A DNA stretch of 64,000 nt, taken from positions 17,460-81,459 of the forward strand of contig JAFWRQ010000037.1 of the NCBI GenBank assembly GCA_017519865.1. The letters run 5' to 3'. The DNA comes from Bacteroidales bacterium. Its GTDB lineage: Bacteria; Bacteroidota; Bacteroidia; Bacteroidales; UBA932. Under the pieces are notes generated by a model. It was not told where the DNA came from. It searched no databases and saw only the letters and a list, made by a program, of their open reading frames with translations. The translations under genes and the position numbers were made by a program. Of the stretch, positions 47,253 to 56,169 are shown one piece after another. Every line of letters starts with the position of its first letter. Position 1 is the stretch's first letter.

Positions 47253-47822
47253 CTACATCAGATATTTGGACATGTCAAGGCCTTCTTCAAGGCCTTTTCT
47301 TATTTCCGTAGAGGAAATGTCCACCTGGGGTGCGTCGGAGAGTATGCGGATGCGGAAGGTGTCCCCGTCCGGCTCGCTCCGCAGGGCGGCCGCGTCCGCC
47401 TCAGCGTCGTAGCCCGGACGCGGATACACCACGATCCCGTATTCGGTGAGGATGCGCCTGGCTTGCCTCCAGCCGAGGAAGCGTCCGAGGTTGTCCGCAC
47501 CTATGACCAGCGTGAAATCGCATTCCGGCTCCCTTTCTTTCAGGGCGTCAAGCGTGTCGATGGTATACTGGGGCGGGTCGCGGTGGAGTTCGATGTCATC
47601 CACCCAAACCCGCAGGCCGGGATGCCGTTTCACGGCCTCGACGGCCGCTTGGTAGCGTTGCTCGCCCTGCAGGGCAAGTGACGGGTCCTTGAAGGGATTC
47701 TGCGGCGAGACGATGAGATAAACCCACTCGAAGCCGCGTCCGCGGGTGAGGTATTCCATTATGGCCTGATGGCCTATGTGCAAAGGATTGAACGATCCGG
47801 AGTAAACCGCGATCCTTTTCCT
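47253..47822 (-). CDS. nadD: Nicotinate-nucleotide adenylyltransferase (no canonical start codon visible)
   Basis: Frame reads RKRIAVYSGSFNPLHIGH...SPQNPFK...YTIDTL...IGADN...VYPRPG...ISSTEIR; open back to the gmk TGA at 47823-47825. Confidence 0.85.
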   Translation of the reverse strand, partial: RKRIAVYSGSFNPLHIGHQAIMEYLTRGRGFEWVYLIVSPQNPFKDPSLALQGEQRYQAAVEAVKRHPGLRVWVDDIELHRDPPQYTIDTLDALKEREPECDFTLVIGADNLGRFLGWRQARRILTEYGIVVYPRPGYDAEADAAALRSEPDGDTFRIRILSDAPQVDISSTEIRKGLEEGLDMSKYLM

Positions 47823-48392
47823 TCAGTGGCCGTCGAGGAACTTGTCCACGACCTCTTCAGCCTCCTTCAATGCGGTTTGCAGGTCGTCGTTGACGAGAAC
47901 GTAGTCGAACTTGTCGGCGTAGGTCATCTCTTCCGCAGCCTTCGCGACACGCTTCTCGATGTCCTCCTCGCTGTCGGTGCCGCGCAGGACGAGCCTGCGG
48001 CGGAGCTCCTCCACGCTCGGAGCCTGGATGAAAACTGACAGGGCCTTGTCGCCGAAATACTTCTTCAGGTTCACGCCGCCCTTGACATCGACGTCGAAAA
48101 GGATGACGTGGTCCTTGGCCCAGATGCGCTCGACCTCTTCCTTGAGAGTGCCGTAGAAGCGGCCGGGATACACTTCCTCGTACTCGACGAAGGCGTCGGC
48201 CTCTATGCGCCGGCGGAATTCTTCCACATCGAGGAAATAATACTCCACGCCGTCCTGCTCCTGTCCGCGGGGCGGACGTGAGGTGGCTGAAACGGAAAAC
48301 TCGAACTCGGGATGCAGTCCCAGGAGATGATTCACGACGGTGCTCTTGCCCGACCCGGAAGGTGCTGAAAAGATGAGTACTTTATTGGCCAT
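47823..48392 (-). CDS. gmk: Guanylate kinase
   Basis: SAPSGSGKS, SATSRPPR, DGVEYYF, YGTL, DVDVKG; TATTTTTG on minus at 48411-48418. Confidence 0.95.
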   Translation of the reverse strand: MANKVLIFSAPSGSGKSTVVNHLLGLHPEFEFSVSATSRPPRGQEQDGVEYYFLDVEEFRRRIEADAFVEYEEVYPGRFYGTLKEEVERIWAKDHVILFDVDVKGGVNLKKYFGDKALSVFIQAPSVEELRRRLVLRGTDSEEDIEKRVAKAAEEMTYADKFDYVLVNDDLQTALKEAEEVVDKFLDGH

Positions 48393-48467
48393 TGTTATGT
48401 GATATTTCCACAAAAATAGTTAAATTTGCGTGATTCACATTGCAATCGTTTAAAACAACTTATAATT

Positions 48468-49469
48468 ATGGTATCCTACAAAGATTTGGGCCTTGTGAAC
48501 ACCCGTGAAATGTTCAAGAAGGCCGTCGCCGGCGGCTACGCCATCCCCGCTTTCAACTTCAACAACATGGAGCAGCTCCAGGCCATCATCCAGGCCGCTG
48601 CGGAGACCAAGTCTCCCGTTATCCTCCAGGTTTCGAGCGGCGCCCGCAAGTACGCCAACCAGACCCTCCTCCGCTACATGGCAGAAGGTGCAGTCGAGTA
48701 TGCAAAGGAGCTTGGCTGGAAGAATCCCCAGATCTGCCTCCACCTGGACCATGGCAACAGCTTCGAGCTTTGCAAGAGCTGTGTCGACATGGGCTTCTCT
48801 TCCGTCATGATCGATGCTTCCTCCCTCCCTTACGAGGAGAACATCGCCCTGACCAAGCAGGTCGTCGAGTATGCCCACAAGTATGACGTCACCGTCGAGG
48901 CTGAACTCGGTGTCCTCGCAGGTGTCGAGGATGAGGTCAGCGCGGCCGAGTCCCACTATACCAAGCCCGAGGAGGTCATCGATTTCGCCACCCGTACCGG
49001 CTGCGACTCCCTCGCCATCTCCATCGGTACTTCCCACGGTGCCTACAAGTTCACCCCCGAGCAGTGCACCCGCGATCCCAAGACCGGCAAGCTCATCCCG
49101 CCGCCCCTCGCATTCGACGTGCTGCACGAGATCGAGAAGAAACTCCCCGGTTTCCCTATCGTCCTCCACGGCTCCTCCAGCGTCCCTCAGGAGTATGTCG
49201 ACATCATCAACGAGTATGGCGGCAAGCTTCCTGATGCAGTCGGTATCCCCGAGGAGCAGCTCCGCGAGGCCTCCAAGAGCGCTGTCTGCAAGATCAACAT
49301 CGACTCCGACAGCCGTCTCGCCATGACCGCAGCCGTCCGCAAGGTCTTCCACGACAAGCCGGGCGAGTTCGATCCGCGCAAGTACCTCGGTCCTGCCCGC
49401 GACGAGATGAAGAAGCTCTACATGCACAAGATCATCAATGTCCTCGGTTCCGACGGCAAGGCCGAATAA
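48468..49469 (+). CDS. fba: Fructose-1,6-bisphosphate aldolase, class II
   Basis: PAFNFNN, LHLDHG, SVMID.S, EAELG, IGTSHGAYK, VLHGSS, KINIDSD; TAAATTTG at 48421-48428. Confidence 0.95.
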   Translation: MVSYKDLGLVNTREMFKKAVAGGYAIPAFNFNNMEQLQAIIQAAAETKSPVILQVSSGARKYANQTLLRYMAEGAVEYAKELGWKNPQICLHLDHGNSFELCKSCVDMGFSSVMIDASSLPYEENIALTKQVVEYAHKYDVTVEAELGVLAGVEDEVSAAESHYTKPEEVIDFATRTGCDSLAISIGTSHGAYKFTPEQCTRDPKTGKLIPPPLAFDVLHEIEKKLPGFPIVLHGSSSVPQEYVDIINEYGGKLPDAVGIPEEQLREASKSAVCKINIDSDSRLAMTAAVRKVFHDKPGEFDPRKYLGPARDEMKKLYMHKIINVLGSDGKAE

Positions 49470-49492
49470 TCCGGAAAGGACAGTTTTTTACG

Positions 49493-49521
49493 ACCTTCCC
49501 CGCTTCGGGGAAGGTTTTTTT
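49493..49521 (+). terminator. Rho-independent terminator after fba
   Basis: accttccccg-ctt-cggggaaggt followed by a T run. Confidence 0.85.
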
Positions 49522-49538
49522 ATTATCTTTACGAAGCA

Positions 49539-51017
49539 ATGCGAAGGCTTCTTCTGACACTACTTACCATCGTGCTGACCCTGGGGGCGGCGGCGCAGGA
49601 ACTCCCTCTCAGGGAGTTCCGGGGCGCCTGGCTCCATATCGTCGGCAACGACGGGCTCAAGAAGATGAGTCAGGATGAGATCCGTTCGTGGCTGACAGGG
49701 ACGCTGGATTCCCTTCAGATGTGCGGTTGCAATGCCGTTTTCTTCCAGGTACGTCCGGAGGCCGACGCTTTCTATATATCTGACATAGAGCCCTGGACGC
49801 GTTATCTGACCGGTACGCAGGGCAAGGCTCCGGAGCCTCTCTGGGATCCGCTCCGCTTCATGATCGAGCAGTGCCATTCCCGCGGGATGGAATTGCACGC
49901 GTGGCTCAATCCCTACCGCGTGACGCTCAACTCCACTGAGTCCCTGGTCAGCAGCCATATAGCCCGCAGGAACCCCGACATCTTCAAGAAATACTCCGGC
50001 CAGGTCTATTTCGACCCGGGGGAGCCCGCTTCGCGCGAGCACGTCCTGAAGGTCGTGCGCGACATCGTAACGCGCTATGACGTGGACGGCATCCATTTCG
50101 ACGACTATTTCTATCCTTATCCTGTCAGCGGGCGGTCGTTTCCGGATGACGATACCTTCGCCAAGTATGGCAGGGCACAGGGCTTCCGCAACAAGGCGGA
50201 CTGGCGCAGGAACAATACCACGTTGCTCATCCACGAGACGCAGCAGGCCGTCAAGGAGATCAAGCCCTGGGTACGCTTCGGCGTGTCGCCCTTCGGCATT
50301 CACCGCAACTATCCCGAGTCGCCCGAAGGCAGCCGCACCAACGGCCTGTCCTGCTACAACGAGCTGTATGCCGACGCTCCCGCCTGGGCGCAGGCCGGCG
50401 ACGTCGACTACCTGGCTCCACAGCTTTACTGGAAAATTGGTCACAGGAATGCTGATTATGAGATACTTATCAATTGGTGGAACGACCAGCACCTGAAGGG
50501 GCACCTCTACATAGGCCAAAGCATCGAGACGTTCGGAGAACCCGACCTGAAGGATCCGAAGACCACCCAGCTTGCGCGCAAGATGGAGCTGACGCGCGTG
50601 CTTCCGGAGGTGGACGGCAACGTCTGGTGGCCGGGCTGGTCGCTGGCGGACGGCACGCTTGGGCTGGCCGACTCGCTCGCGAGGTGCTACCAGCGCGCGC
50701 CCGCCCTCATCCCGGCCTACACCGACATCGACGACGTGCCTCCGGCCCCAGTCTCCGACATCTGGGCTTCGCACGGCTATGTCCACTGGCGTGTCGAACC
50801 CGTCGAGGATCCGATGCAGGAACCGCACTTCTACATTGTCCGCCGTTTCGAAATGGACGAGCCTGCAGATATGCTGGATCCGTCGCACATTGTCGCCGTC
50901 ACTCGCGAGACGAGCTATGAAACAGTGGACGACGAGGACGGACCTTTCTACTACATTGTGACGGTCGTGGACCGCTGCTGGAACGAAAGTGCATCCTCCG
51001 ACGAGATAGTTTACTGA
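49539..51017 (+). CDS. Glycoside hydrolase-like family 10 (DUF187/YddW-like) secreted protein
   Basis: REFRGAW, FFQVRP, HAWLNPYR, YDVDGIHFDDYFYPY, FGVSPFGI, DYLAPQLYW. Confidence 0.88.
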   Translation: MRRLLLTLLTIVLTLGAAAQELPLREFRGAWLHIVGNDGLKKMSQDEIRSWLTGTLDSLQMCGCNAVFFQVRPEADAFYISDIEPWTRYLTGTQGKAPEPLWDPLRFMIEQCHSRGMELHAWLNPYRVTLNSTESLVSSHIARRNPDIFKKYSGQVYFDPGEPASREHVLKVVRDIVTRYDVDGIHFDDYFYPYPVSGRSFPDDDTFAKYGRAQGFRNKADWRRNNTTLLIHETQQAVKEIKPWVRFGVSPFGIHRNYPESPEGSRTNGLSCYNELYADAPAWAQAGDVDYLAPQLYWKIGHRNADYEILINWWNDQHLKGHLYIGQSIETFGEPDLKDPKTTQLARKMELTRVLPEVDGNVWWPGWSLADGTLGLADSLARCYQRAPALIPAYTDIDDVPPAPVSDIWASHGYVHWRVEPVEDPMQEPHFYIVRRFEMDEPADMLDPSHIVAVTRETSYETVDDEDGPFYYIVTVVDRCWNESASSDEIVY

Positions 51018-51054
51018 CTTTTTGCTATATTTGAAAACCAATACGATATCTGAT

Positions 51055-52254
51055 ATGAAAGCTTTTAGAATCCTTGCCGCCGCAGCGCTCCTGACTGCCG
51101 CCTTCCAGGGCATCAACGCCCAGGAGATCCAGAACTTCCAGAACCGCCAGCCGCTCGTCTCTCCCGAGCTCACGGCTGAGACCATCACATTCCGCCTCCG
51201 TGCCAACTATGCCACGGAAGTCAGCGTCCAGGCCTCCTGGATGGGTTACGGCCCCGAGGCTCAAAAGGCCGGCAGGATGACCAAGGGCGAGGGTGGAGTA
51301 TGGAGCGTGACCCTTCCGCGTCCCGCTTCAGAGCTCTATACCTATACCTTCACCGTCGACGGAGTCAGCGTGCTTGACCCCGCCAACCTCTTCGTCCAGC
51401 GTGACGGTACCCGTTTCATGAGCGCGGTGCTCGTCGACGGAGGCTATGCCGACAACTACAAGGAGTGCTCCCGCCCCGGCAACATCGAGCATGTATGGTA
51501 TTACTCCGGCACCAACGACATGGTCCGCCGCATGTATGTCTATACTCCGTTCGGGTATGACAGGAATGACAAGAAAACCAAATACCCCGTCCTCTACCTC
51601 CTCCACGGCGGTGGCGGTGACGAGGATGCATGGAGCACGCTCGGCCGTACCCAGCAGATCCTGGACAACCTCATCGCCCAGGGCAAGGCTACCCCTATGC
51701 TGGTCGTGATGCCCAACGGCAACCCCAACCAGTATGCCGCAGCCACCCTGCAGATCCCCGTCAAGCAGGACATCAAGCGCTATCCCAACGGCTTCGACAA
51801 CTACGACTCCATGGTCGCTGACATCGTTCCCTACATCGAGAAGAACTACAACGTCATCAAGGAGCGCAAGGGCCGCGCTGTAGCAGGTCTGTCCATGGGC
51901 GGCGGCCAGTCGTTCTACATCGCCCTCCGCAATGTCGATACGTTTGCCAATGTCGGTATTTTCTCCTCGGGTCTCATCGGCGGTTCCGGTGCCGGCCAGG
52001 CCGAGTTCAACCCTGAGGCACAGATGCCCGGCCTTATCTCCACGCCCGCCAAGTACAACAAGTTCGACCTGTTCTACCTCTCCTGCGGAGAGTCGGACAA
52101 CCGCATAGGCGGCACTGCCGCTTTCTACGAGCAGCTCAAGGGCTTGGGATACAACAACCTGGTATATGAAACCTACCCTGGAGGCCACGAGTGGCACGTA
52201 TGGCGCCGCAACCTCGCTTCCTTCGTACAAAAAGTATTCAAGAACGTCAAGTAG
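51055..52254 (+). CDS. CE1-like esterase with N-terminal Ig/CBM48-like domain
   Basis: Signal peptide; YPVLYLLHGGG, AGLSMGG, GGHEW..WR; TATATTTG at 51026-51033. Confidence 0.88.
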   Translation: MKAFRILAAAALLTAAFQGINAQEIQNFQNRQPLVSPELTAETITFRLRANYATEVSVQASWMGYGPEAQKAGRMTKGEGGVWSVTLPRPASELYTYTFTVDGVSVLDPANLFVQRDGTRFMSAVLVDGGYADNYKECSRPGNIEHVWYYSGTNDMVRRMYVYTPFGYDRNDKKTKYPVLYLLHGGGGDEDAWSTLGRTQQILDNLIAQGKATPMLVVMPNGNPNQYAAATLQIPVKQDIKRYPNGFDNYDSMVADIVPYIEKNYNVIKERKGRAVAGLSMGGGQSFYIALRNVDTFANVGIFSSGLIGGSGAGQAEFNPEAQMPGLISTPAKYNKFDLFYLSCGESDNRIGGTAAFYEQLKGLGYNNLVYETYPGGHEWHVWRRNLASFVQKVFKNVK

Positions 52255-52860
52255 ATGGATAAACTCAGCTATGCATTGGGCATGAGCATCGCCCAGAGCC
52301 TGTCGCAATCAGGCGTGGAGAAGCTCGATTTCGATGATTTCAAGAACGGTGTCAAGGACAGCCTGCTCGGCGCGAAGCCGGCGCTGTCCATGGAGGACGC
52401 CAACAAGGTGCTGAATGACTTCTTCGCGCGCGCCGAGGCCGAGGCCAGGGAGAAGAAGGCCGCGATGGCGGCCGCCTTCAAGGACGAGGGCGAGGCCTGG
52501 CTCAAGGAGAATGCCCGCAAGGACGACGTCGTCGTCCTGCCCAGCGGCCTTCAGTATAAGGTCCTAAAGCAGGGCAAAGGCCGCAAGCCCGGCCGTACCG
52601 ACCGTGTCCGCTGCCATTATGAGGGCACGCTCACCAGCGGTATGAAGTTCGACAGTTCTTACGACCGCGGCGAACCTGCCGTATTCGGCCTCAACCAGGT
52701 CATCGCAGGCTGGACCGAAGGACTCCAGCTCATGCCCGAGGGCTCCGTCTACGAGCTCTACATCCCTTATCAGCTCGCTTATGGCGAGGCCGGTGCCCAC
52801 GGCAGCATCCCTCCCTGCGCCGCCCTCGTCTTCAAGGTCGAACTCCTCGAAGTGCTGTAA
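52255..52860 (+). CDS. FKBP-type peptidyl-prolyl cis-trans isomerase (FklB-like)
   Basis: MDKLSYALG, PSGLQYKV, HYEGTL, FDSSYDRG, VIAGWTEGL, LAYG, IPP. Confidence 0.92.
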   Translation: MDKLSYALGMSIAQSLSQSGVEKLDFDDFKNGVKDSLLGAKPALSMEDANKVLNDFFARAEAEAREKKAAMAAAFKDEGEAWLKENARKDDVVVLPSGLQYKVLKQGKGRKPGRTDRVRCHYEGTLTSGMKFDSSYDRGEPAVFGLNQVIAGWTEGLQLMPEGSVYELYIPYQLAYGEAGAHGSIPPCAALVFKVELLEVL

Positions 52861-52869
52861 CGTCACGCC

Positions 52870-53706
52870 ATGAAGCTGATAATTGACAGCGGCGCCACTA
52901 AAGCGGACTGGTGCCTGACCGACGGTATGGATATCGTCCGGGAGTTCAAGACGGATGGCATGAATGTGTCCGTCCTGTCTGAAGCGGATATCGCAGGCAT
53001 CATAATGGAAGGGGCGGTGGCCGTCGGTAACCGCCCTGTTACCGAGGTACATCTGTATGCGGCTGGCCTGATAGAAGGGACTTCCGCCGCCGAACGCGCC
53101 AAGGAGATTCTCTCCAAAGCGTTCGGCGGCGCGTATGTCGAGGGCTTCTCCGACATGCTCGGAGCGGCCAGGGCGGCCTGTGGCCGCCGCGAAGGCATCT
53201 GCGCCATCCTCGGCACCGGTTCCAACAGCTGCCTGTATGACGGCTCCCGCATAGTGCATACCGCCCGTTCGGGCGGCTTCATCCTCGGTGACGAGGGCGG
53301 GGGAGCCTGCCTCGGCAAGTTTTTCCTGGCAGACTATATCAAGGGACTGGTCCCGGAGCCGCTGGCTTCGGAGTTCGGTGAAGCTTTCGACGTCGATTAC
53401 ATGACCGTTGTCCAGAAGGTCTACAAGGAACCGGCTCCTTCGGCCTATCTCGGAAGTTTCGCTCCCTGGATCCTCGAACATCGCGGCAATCCTTATGTGG
53501 ATGCGCTTGTGGAGCGCAACCTGACGGACTTCTTCGAGCGCTCGCTGCTGCGGCACGGCCGCGCGGACCTGCCCGCCGGCTTCGTCGGCGGCATCGCCGC
53601 GGCCTGCACCTCGCAGCTGTACGCCCTCGCCGGGCGCTTCGGCGTCCACATCTCTCGCATCATCGCCTCCCCGATGGAAGGGCTACTGGACTATCACGGA
53701 CTATGA
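52870..53706 (+). CDS. BadF/BadG/BcrA/BcrD ATPase family (N-acetylglucosamine kinase-like)
   Basis: IIDSGATKADW, SDMLGAARA, ILGTGSN, GFILGDEGGG. Confidence 0.85.
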   Translation: MKLIIDSGATKADWCLTDGMDIVREFKTDGMNVSVLSEADIAGIIMEGAVAVGNRPVTEVHLYAAGLIEGTSAAERAKEILSKAFGGAYVEGFSDMLGAARAACGRREGICAILGTGSNSCLYDGSRIVHTARSGGFILGDEGGGACLGKFFLADYIKGLVPEPLASEFGEAFDVDYMTVVQKVYKEPAPSAYLGSFAPWILEHRGNPYVDALVERNLTDFFERSLLRHGRADLPAGFVGGIAAACTSQLYALAGRFGVHISRIIASPMEGLLDYHGL

Positions 53707-54383
53707 TCGAGAAGTACCCTTCCGAGTTGTTGCAGAACGCCGTGGAGGCTATCAGCTCGCTGCCGGGCGTGGGCTCGCGCAGCGCGCTGCGCCTGGCGAT
53801 GCACCTGCTGAACCAGCCCAAGGAGAATGTCCATCATTTCACGGACGCCATCAACCGGCTGGCCGACGAGGTGCAGTACTGTCCGGAGTGCATGATGATT
53901 TCGGACAACGGCCTGTGCTCCATCTGCGGCGACAGGCACCGCGACCATAATACCATCTGCGTGGTGGAGAACGTCCGCGACGTCATGAGCATTGAGAATA
54001 CAGGCCAGTACCGCGGCGTTTACCACGTCCTCGGCGGCATCATCTCGCCCATCGCCGGCATCGGCCCCTCCGACCTCACTATCCGCCAACTCGTCGACCG
54101 CCTCCGCCGTATGACTTCCAACTCCGCCGAAGGGGAGTATGCCCCTGAAAATTTGTGCCACCCTCGGCAACATAAGAGGGCGGGAGAGTTGGAAGTTATC
54201 CTGGCGCTGTCGGGGGATGTGGAGGGGGAGACCACCGCGTTCTACATTTACAGGCAGATCGCCGGGTTGGGCGTCAAGGTGTCGACCCTGGCGCGCGGCC
54301 TGGGCTTCGGCGACGACCTGGAGTACGCCGATGCTCTGACGCTCGGAAGGTCGATAATCAATCGTCAGATTTTCAAACCGTAA
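53703..54383 (+). CDS. recR: Recombination mediator RecR (with in-frame insertion)
   Basis: LPGVG.RSA.RLA, C4 zinc finger CPEC..CSIC, ICVVE, YHVLGG, EGETTA, LARG, EYAD..TL. Confidence 0.93.
   Translation: MIEKYPSELLQNAVEAISSLPGVGSRSALRLAMHLLNQPKENVHHFTDAINRLADEVQYCPECMMISDNGLCSICGDRHRDHNTICVVENVRDVMSIENTGQYRGVYHVLGGIISPIAGIGPSDLTIRQLVDRLRRMTSNSAEGEYAPENLCHPRQHKRAGELEVILALSGDVEGETTAFYIYRQIAGLGVKVSTLARGLGFGDDLEYADALTLGRSIINRQIFKP
54111..54199. repeat. Palindromic element with 14-bp inverted arms inside recR
   Basis: atgacttccaactc (54111-54124) versus gagttggaagttat (54186-54199), 13/14 match, with two inner hairpins. Confidence 0.75.
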
Positions 54384-54389
54384 TATCAA

Positions 54390-54953
54390 ATGCTTCGCTC
54401 CATTGTCCTCGCATTGCTCCTTGCCGTTTCCCTTTGCGCCGACTGCTTCGCCGTCTCGCTCTGCTCGGGTGTGACGATGCGTGACGTGCGCCGGCGCCAT
54501 GTGCTGCTCATAGCGCTGGTCTTCGGTGTCGTCCAGGCAGGTCTGCTGCTGCTCGGCTACCTCTTCGGCGACTTGTTCGTGGGCTATGTCGAGCGTTTCG
54601 CCCACTGGATCGGATTCCTGCTTCTGTTATACGTCGGAGGATCTATGATACTTGAGGCTGTCAGGGGGAAGGAGGAAGCCCGCGACCTTAATGGCCTGCG
54701 CAACATCATCGTAGCTTCCATCGCCACCAGCATAGATGCGCTAGCGGTCGGTATCTCCCTTTCAATGGAGCAGGATACGCTCTCCTCGGCGCTGCTCAAA
54801 TGCGCCGCTGTCCTCGTCGTTACCGTCATAACAGTCGTCACCGGCATCCTCGGCGGGCGGCGGATCGGCACCCGCTTCGGGCGCAGCGCTGAGTTGGCTG
54901 GCGGCTGCGTCCTCATCCTGATAGGGCTGAACATACTACTCGGGGTCGTGTAA
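54390..54953 (+). CDS. mntP: Manganese efflux pump MntP family (DUF204)
   Basis: AVSLCADCFAVS and IATSIDALAVG repeats, six TM helices, AELAGG.VLILIG. Confidence 0.85.
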   Translation: MLRSIVLALLLAVSLCADCFAVSLCSGVTMRDVRRRHVLLIALVFGVVQAGLLLLGYLFGDLFVGYVERFAHWIGFLLLLYVGGSMILEAVRGKEEARDLNGLRNIIVASIATSIDALAVGISLSMEQDTLSSALLKCAAVLVVTVITVVTGILGGRRIGTRFGRSAELAGGCVLILIGLNILLGVV

Positions 54954-54992
54954 AAAAGGCCCCGCAAGTGCTTGATTTACCGAAAAAATGCA

Positions 54993-55088
54993 TATCTTTG
55001 CAGGCTGACTTCTCCGTAACGTCAGCCAGACTTGAGTGTTTAACCCTCCCGGACCATACCGTCCGGGGACAAAAAGGGAAGCGGTATG
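54993..55088 (+). promoter_or_regulatory. corA promoter and structured 5' leader
   Basis: TATCTTTG at 54993-55000; hairpins ggctgac/gtcagcc and cccggac/gtccggg, the second loop complementary to the start codon. Confidence 0.6.
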
Positions 55089-56033
55089 ATCAACATTTTC
55101 TACAGACTCGGCGGTAAGGTAGATTACTGCCAGTCCGAAACGGAGTTCGCCAAGCTGGTGAGGGAAGATGTCCTCTGGATTGACCTCCTCGATCCTACTG
55201 GCGAAGAAAAGAGAGCCACCGAGAGATTCCTCGGCACTGAGATCCAGAGCCGTGCACAGGCCGAAGAGATCGAGAGTTCCTCTCGCTTTTCCGAGTCCGA
55301 CACCGCCATTTTCGCCAATACCAACTACTTGACCCCTTCCGACGACGAGTATATATCCTCGCCGGTATCTTTCATACTCGTCGGCAACACCCTTACCACC
55401 CTTCGCGAAGTCCCGCTGCGCAGTATCACTAGCCTTCAGCAGAAACTCTGCGCCAAGCCTTCGCTTTTCCCCGGAGGCTGGTCAGTCTTTGTCGCCATGC
55501 TCGACCAGAGGGTCGACCTCGACGCGGACATGGTCGAGATCCTCGGCAAGGATACCGCACGGTTTACCAAGCGCATCAACCAGCAGGAGGACATCAACGA
55601 AGACTTCCTGTTGGACATCAACCAGTTGCAGGAGAATACCATGGTGGTACGCGAGAACGTCGTGGACAAGCAGCGACTGATTTCCAATATCCTCAAGAGC
55701 GACCGTTATCCCGAATCCCTCGAGCCCAGACTCAACGTGCTGCTCCAGGATATCGCATCCCTGATCAATCACGCCAACTTCAATTTCGAACGTCTTGAGT
55801 ATCTGCAGGATACGGTGCTCGGTCTGATCAATCTCGACCAGAACCGCATCATGAAGATCTTCACCATCATCTCCCTGCTCATCATGCCTGCCACGCTCGT
55901 CGCGAGTTTCTACGGCATGAATGTCAAGCTTCCCCTTGACGGGCTCAATCTCGCCTGGCTGCTCATCATCGGTGTAATGGCCCTTCTGGCCTTTGCGCTG
56001 TGGTTTGCGTTCAAGAAGAAAAAAATGCTTTAA
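55086..56033 (+). CDS. corA: CorA-family Mg2+/Co2+ transporter
   Basis: LWIDLLDP, EEIESSSRF, QNRIMK, ASFYGMN signature, two C-terminal TM helices. Confidence 0.92.
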   Translation: MINIFYRLGGKVDYCQSETEFAKLVREDVLWIDLLDPTGEEKRATERFLGTEIQSRAQAEEIESSSRFSESDTAIFANTNYLTPSDDEYISSPVSFILVGNTLTTLREVPLRSITSLQQKLCAKPSLFPGGWSVFVAMLDQRVDLDADMVEILGKDTARFTKRINQQEDINEDFLLDINQLQENTMVVRENVVDKQRLISNILKSDRYPESLEPRLNVLLQDIASLINHANFNFERLEYLQDTVLGLINLDQNRIMKIFTIISLLIMPATLVASFYGMNVKLPLDGLNLAWLLIIGVMALLAFALWFAFKKKKML

Positions 56034-56169
56034 GTGCTTTTTATTTCTTTGTAAATCAGATTATTTTACATACCTTTGCACGCTTTTTACCCGGCGTGCT
56101 TTTTTTATGCCGCCGGACAGGCACAAAAAATAATGTTAAACCCCTAGTTTGTTTCATTTCAAAACAATT

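Noticed and set aside
47823-47825. Selenocysteine decoding of the gmk TGA
   Set aside because: The position is an inter-domain junction rather than a catalytic Cys site, and I see no convincing SECIS hairpin or sel genes in the window.
52252-52257. TAG immediately or nearly followed by an in-frame ATG (CE1-FKBP; also argE-argH, SPOR-M28, GH73-mltG), suggesting TAG recoding
   Set aside because: An intact RF1 gene is present, the upstream proteins end at normal family lengths, and the downstream genes have their own ATG and, in some cases, signal or TM segments.
56091-56116. Hairpin in the rpsA leader
   Set aside because: Only a 6-bp stem, and structured S1 leaders are expected; not evidence of anything new.
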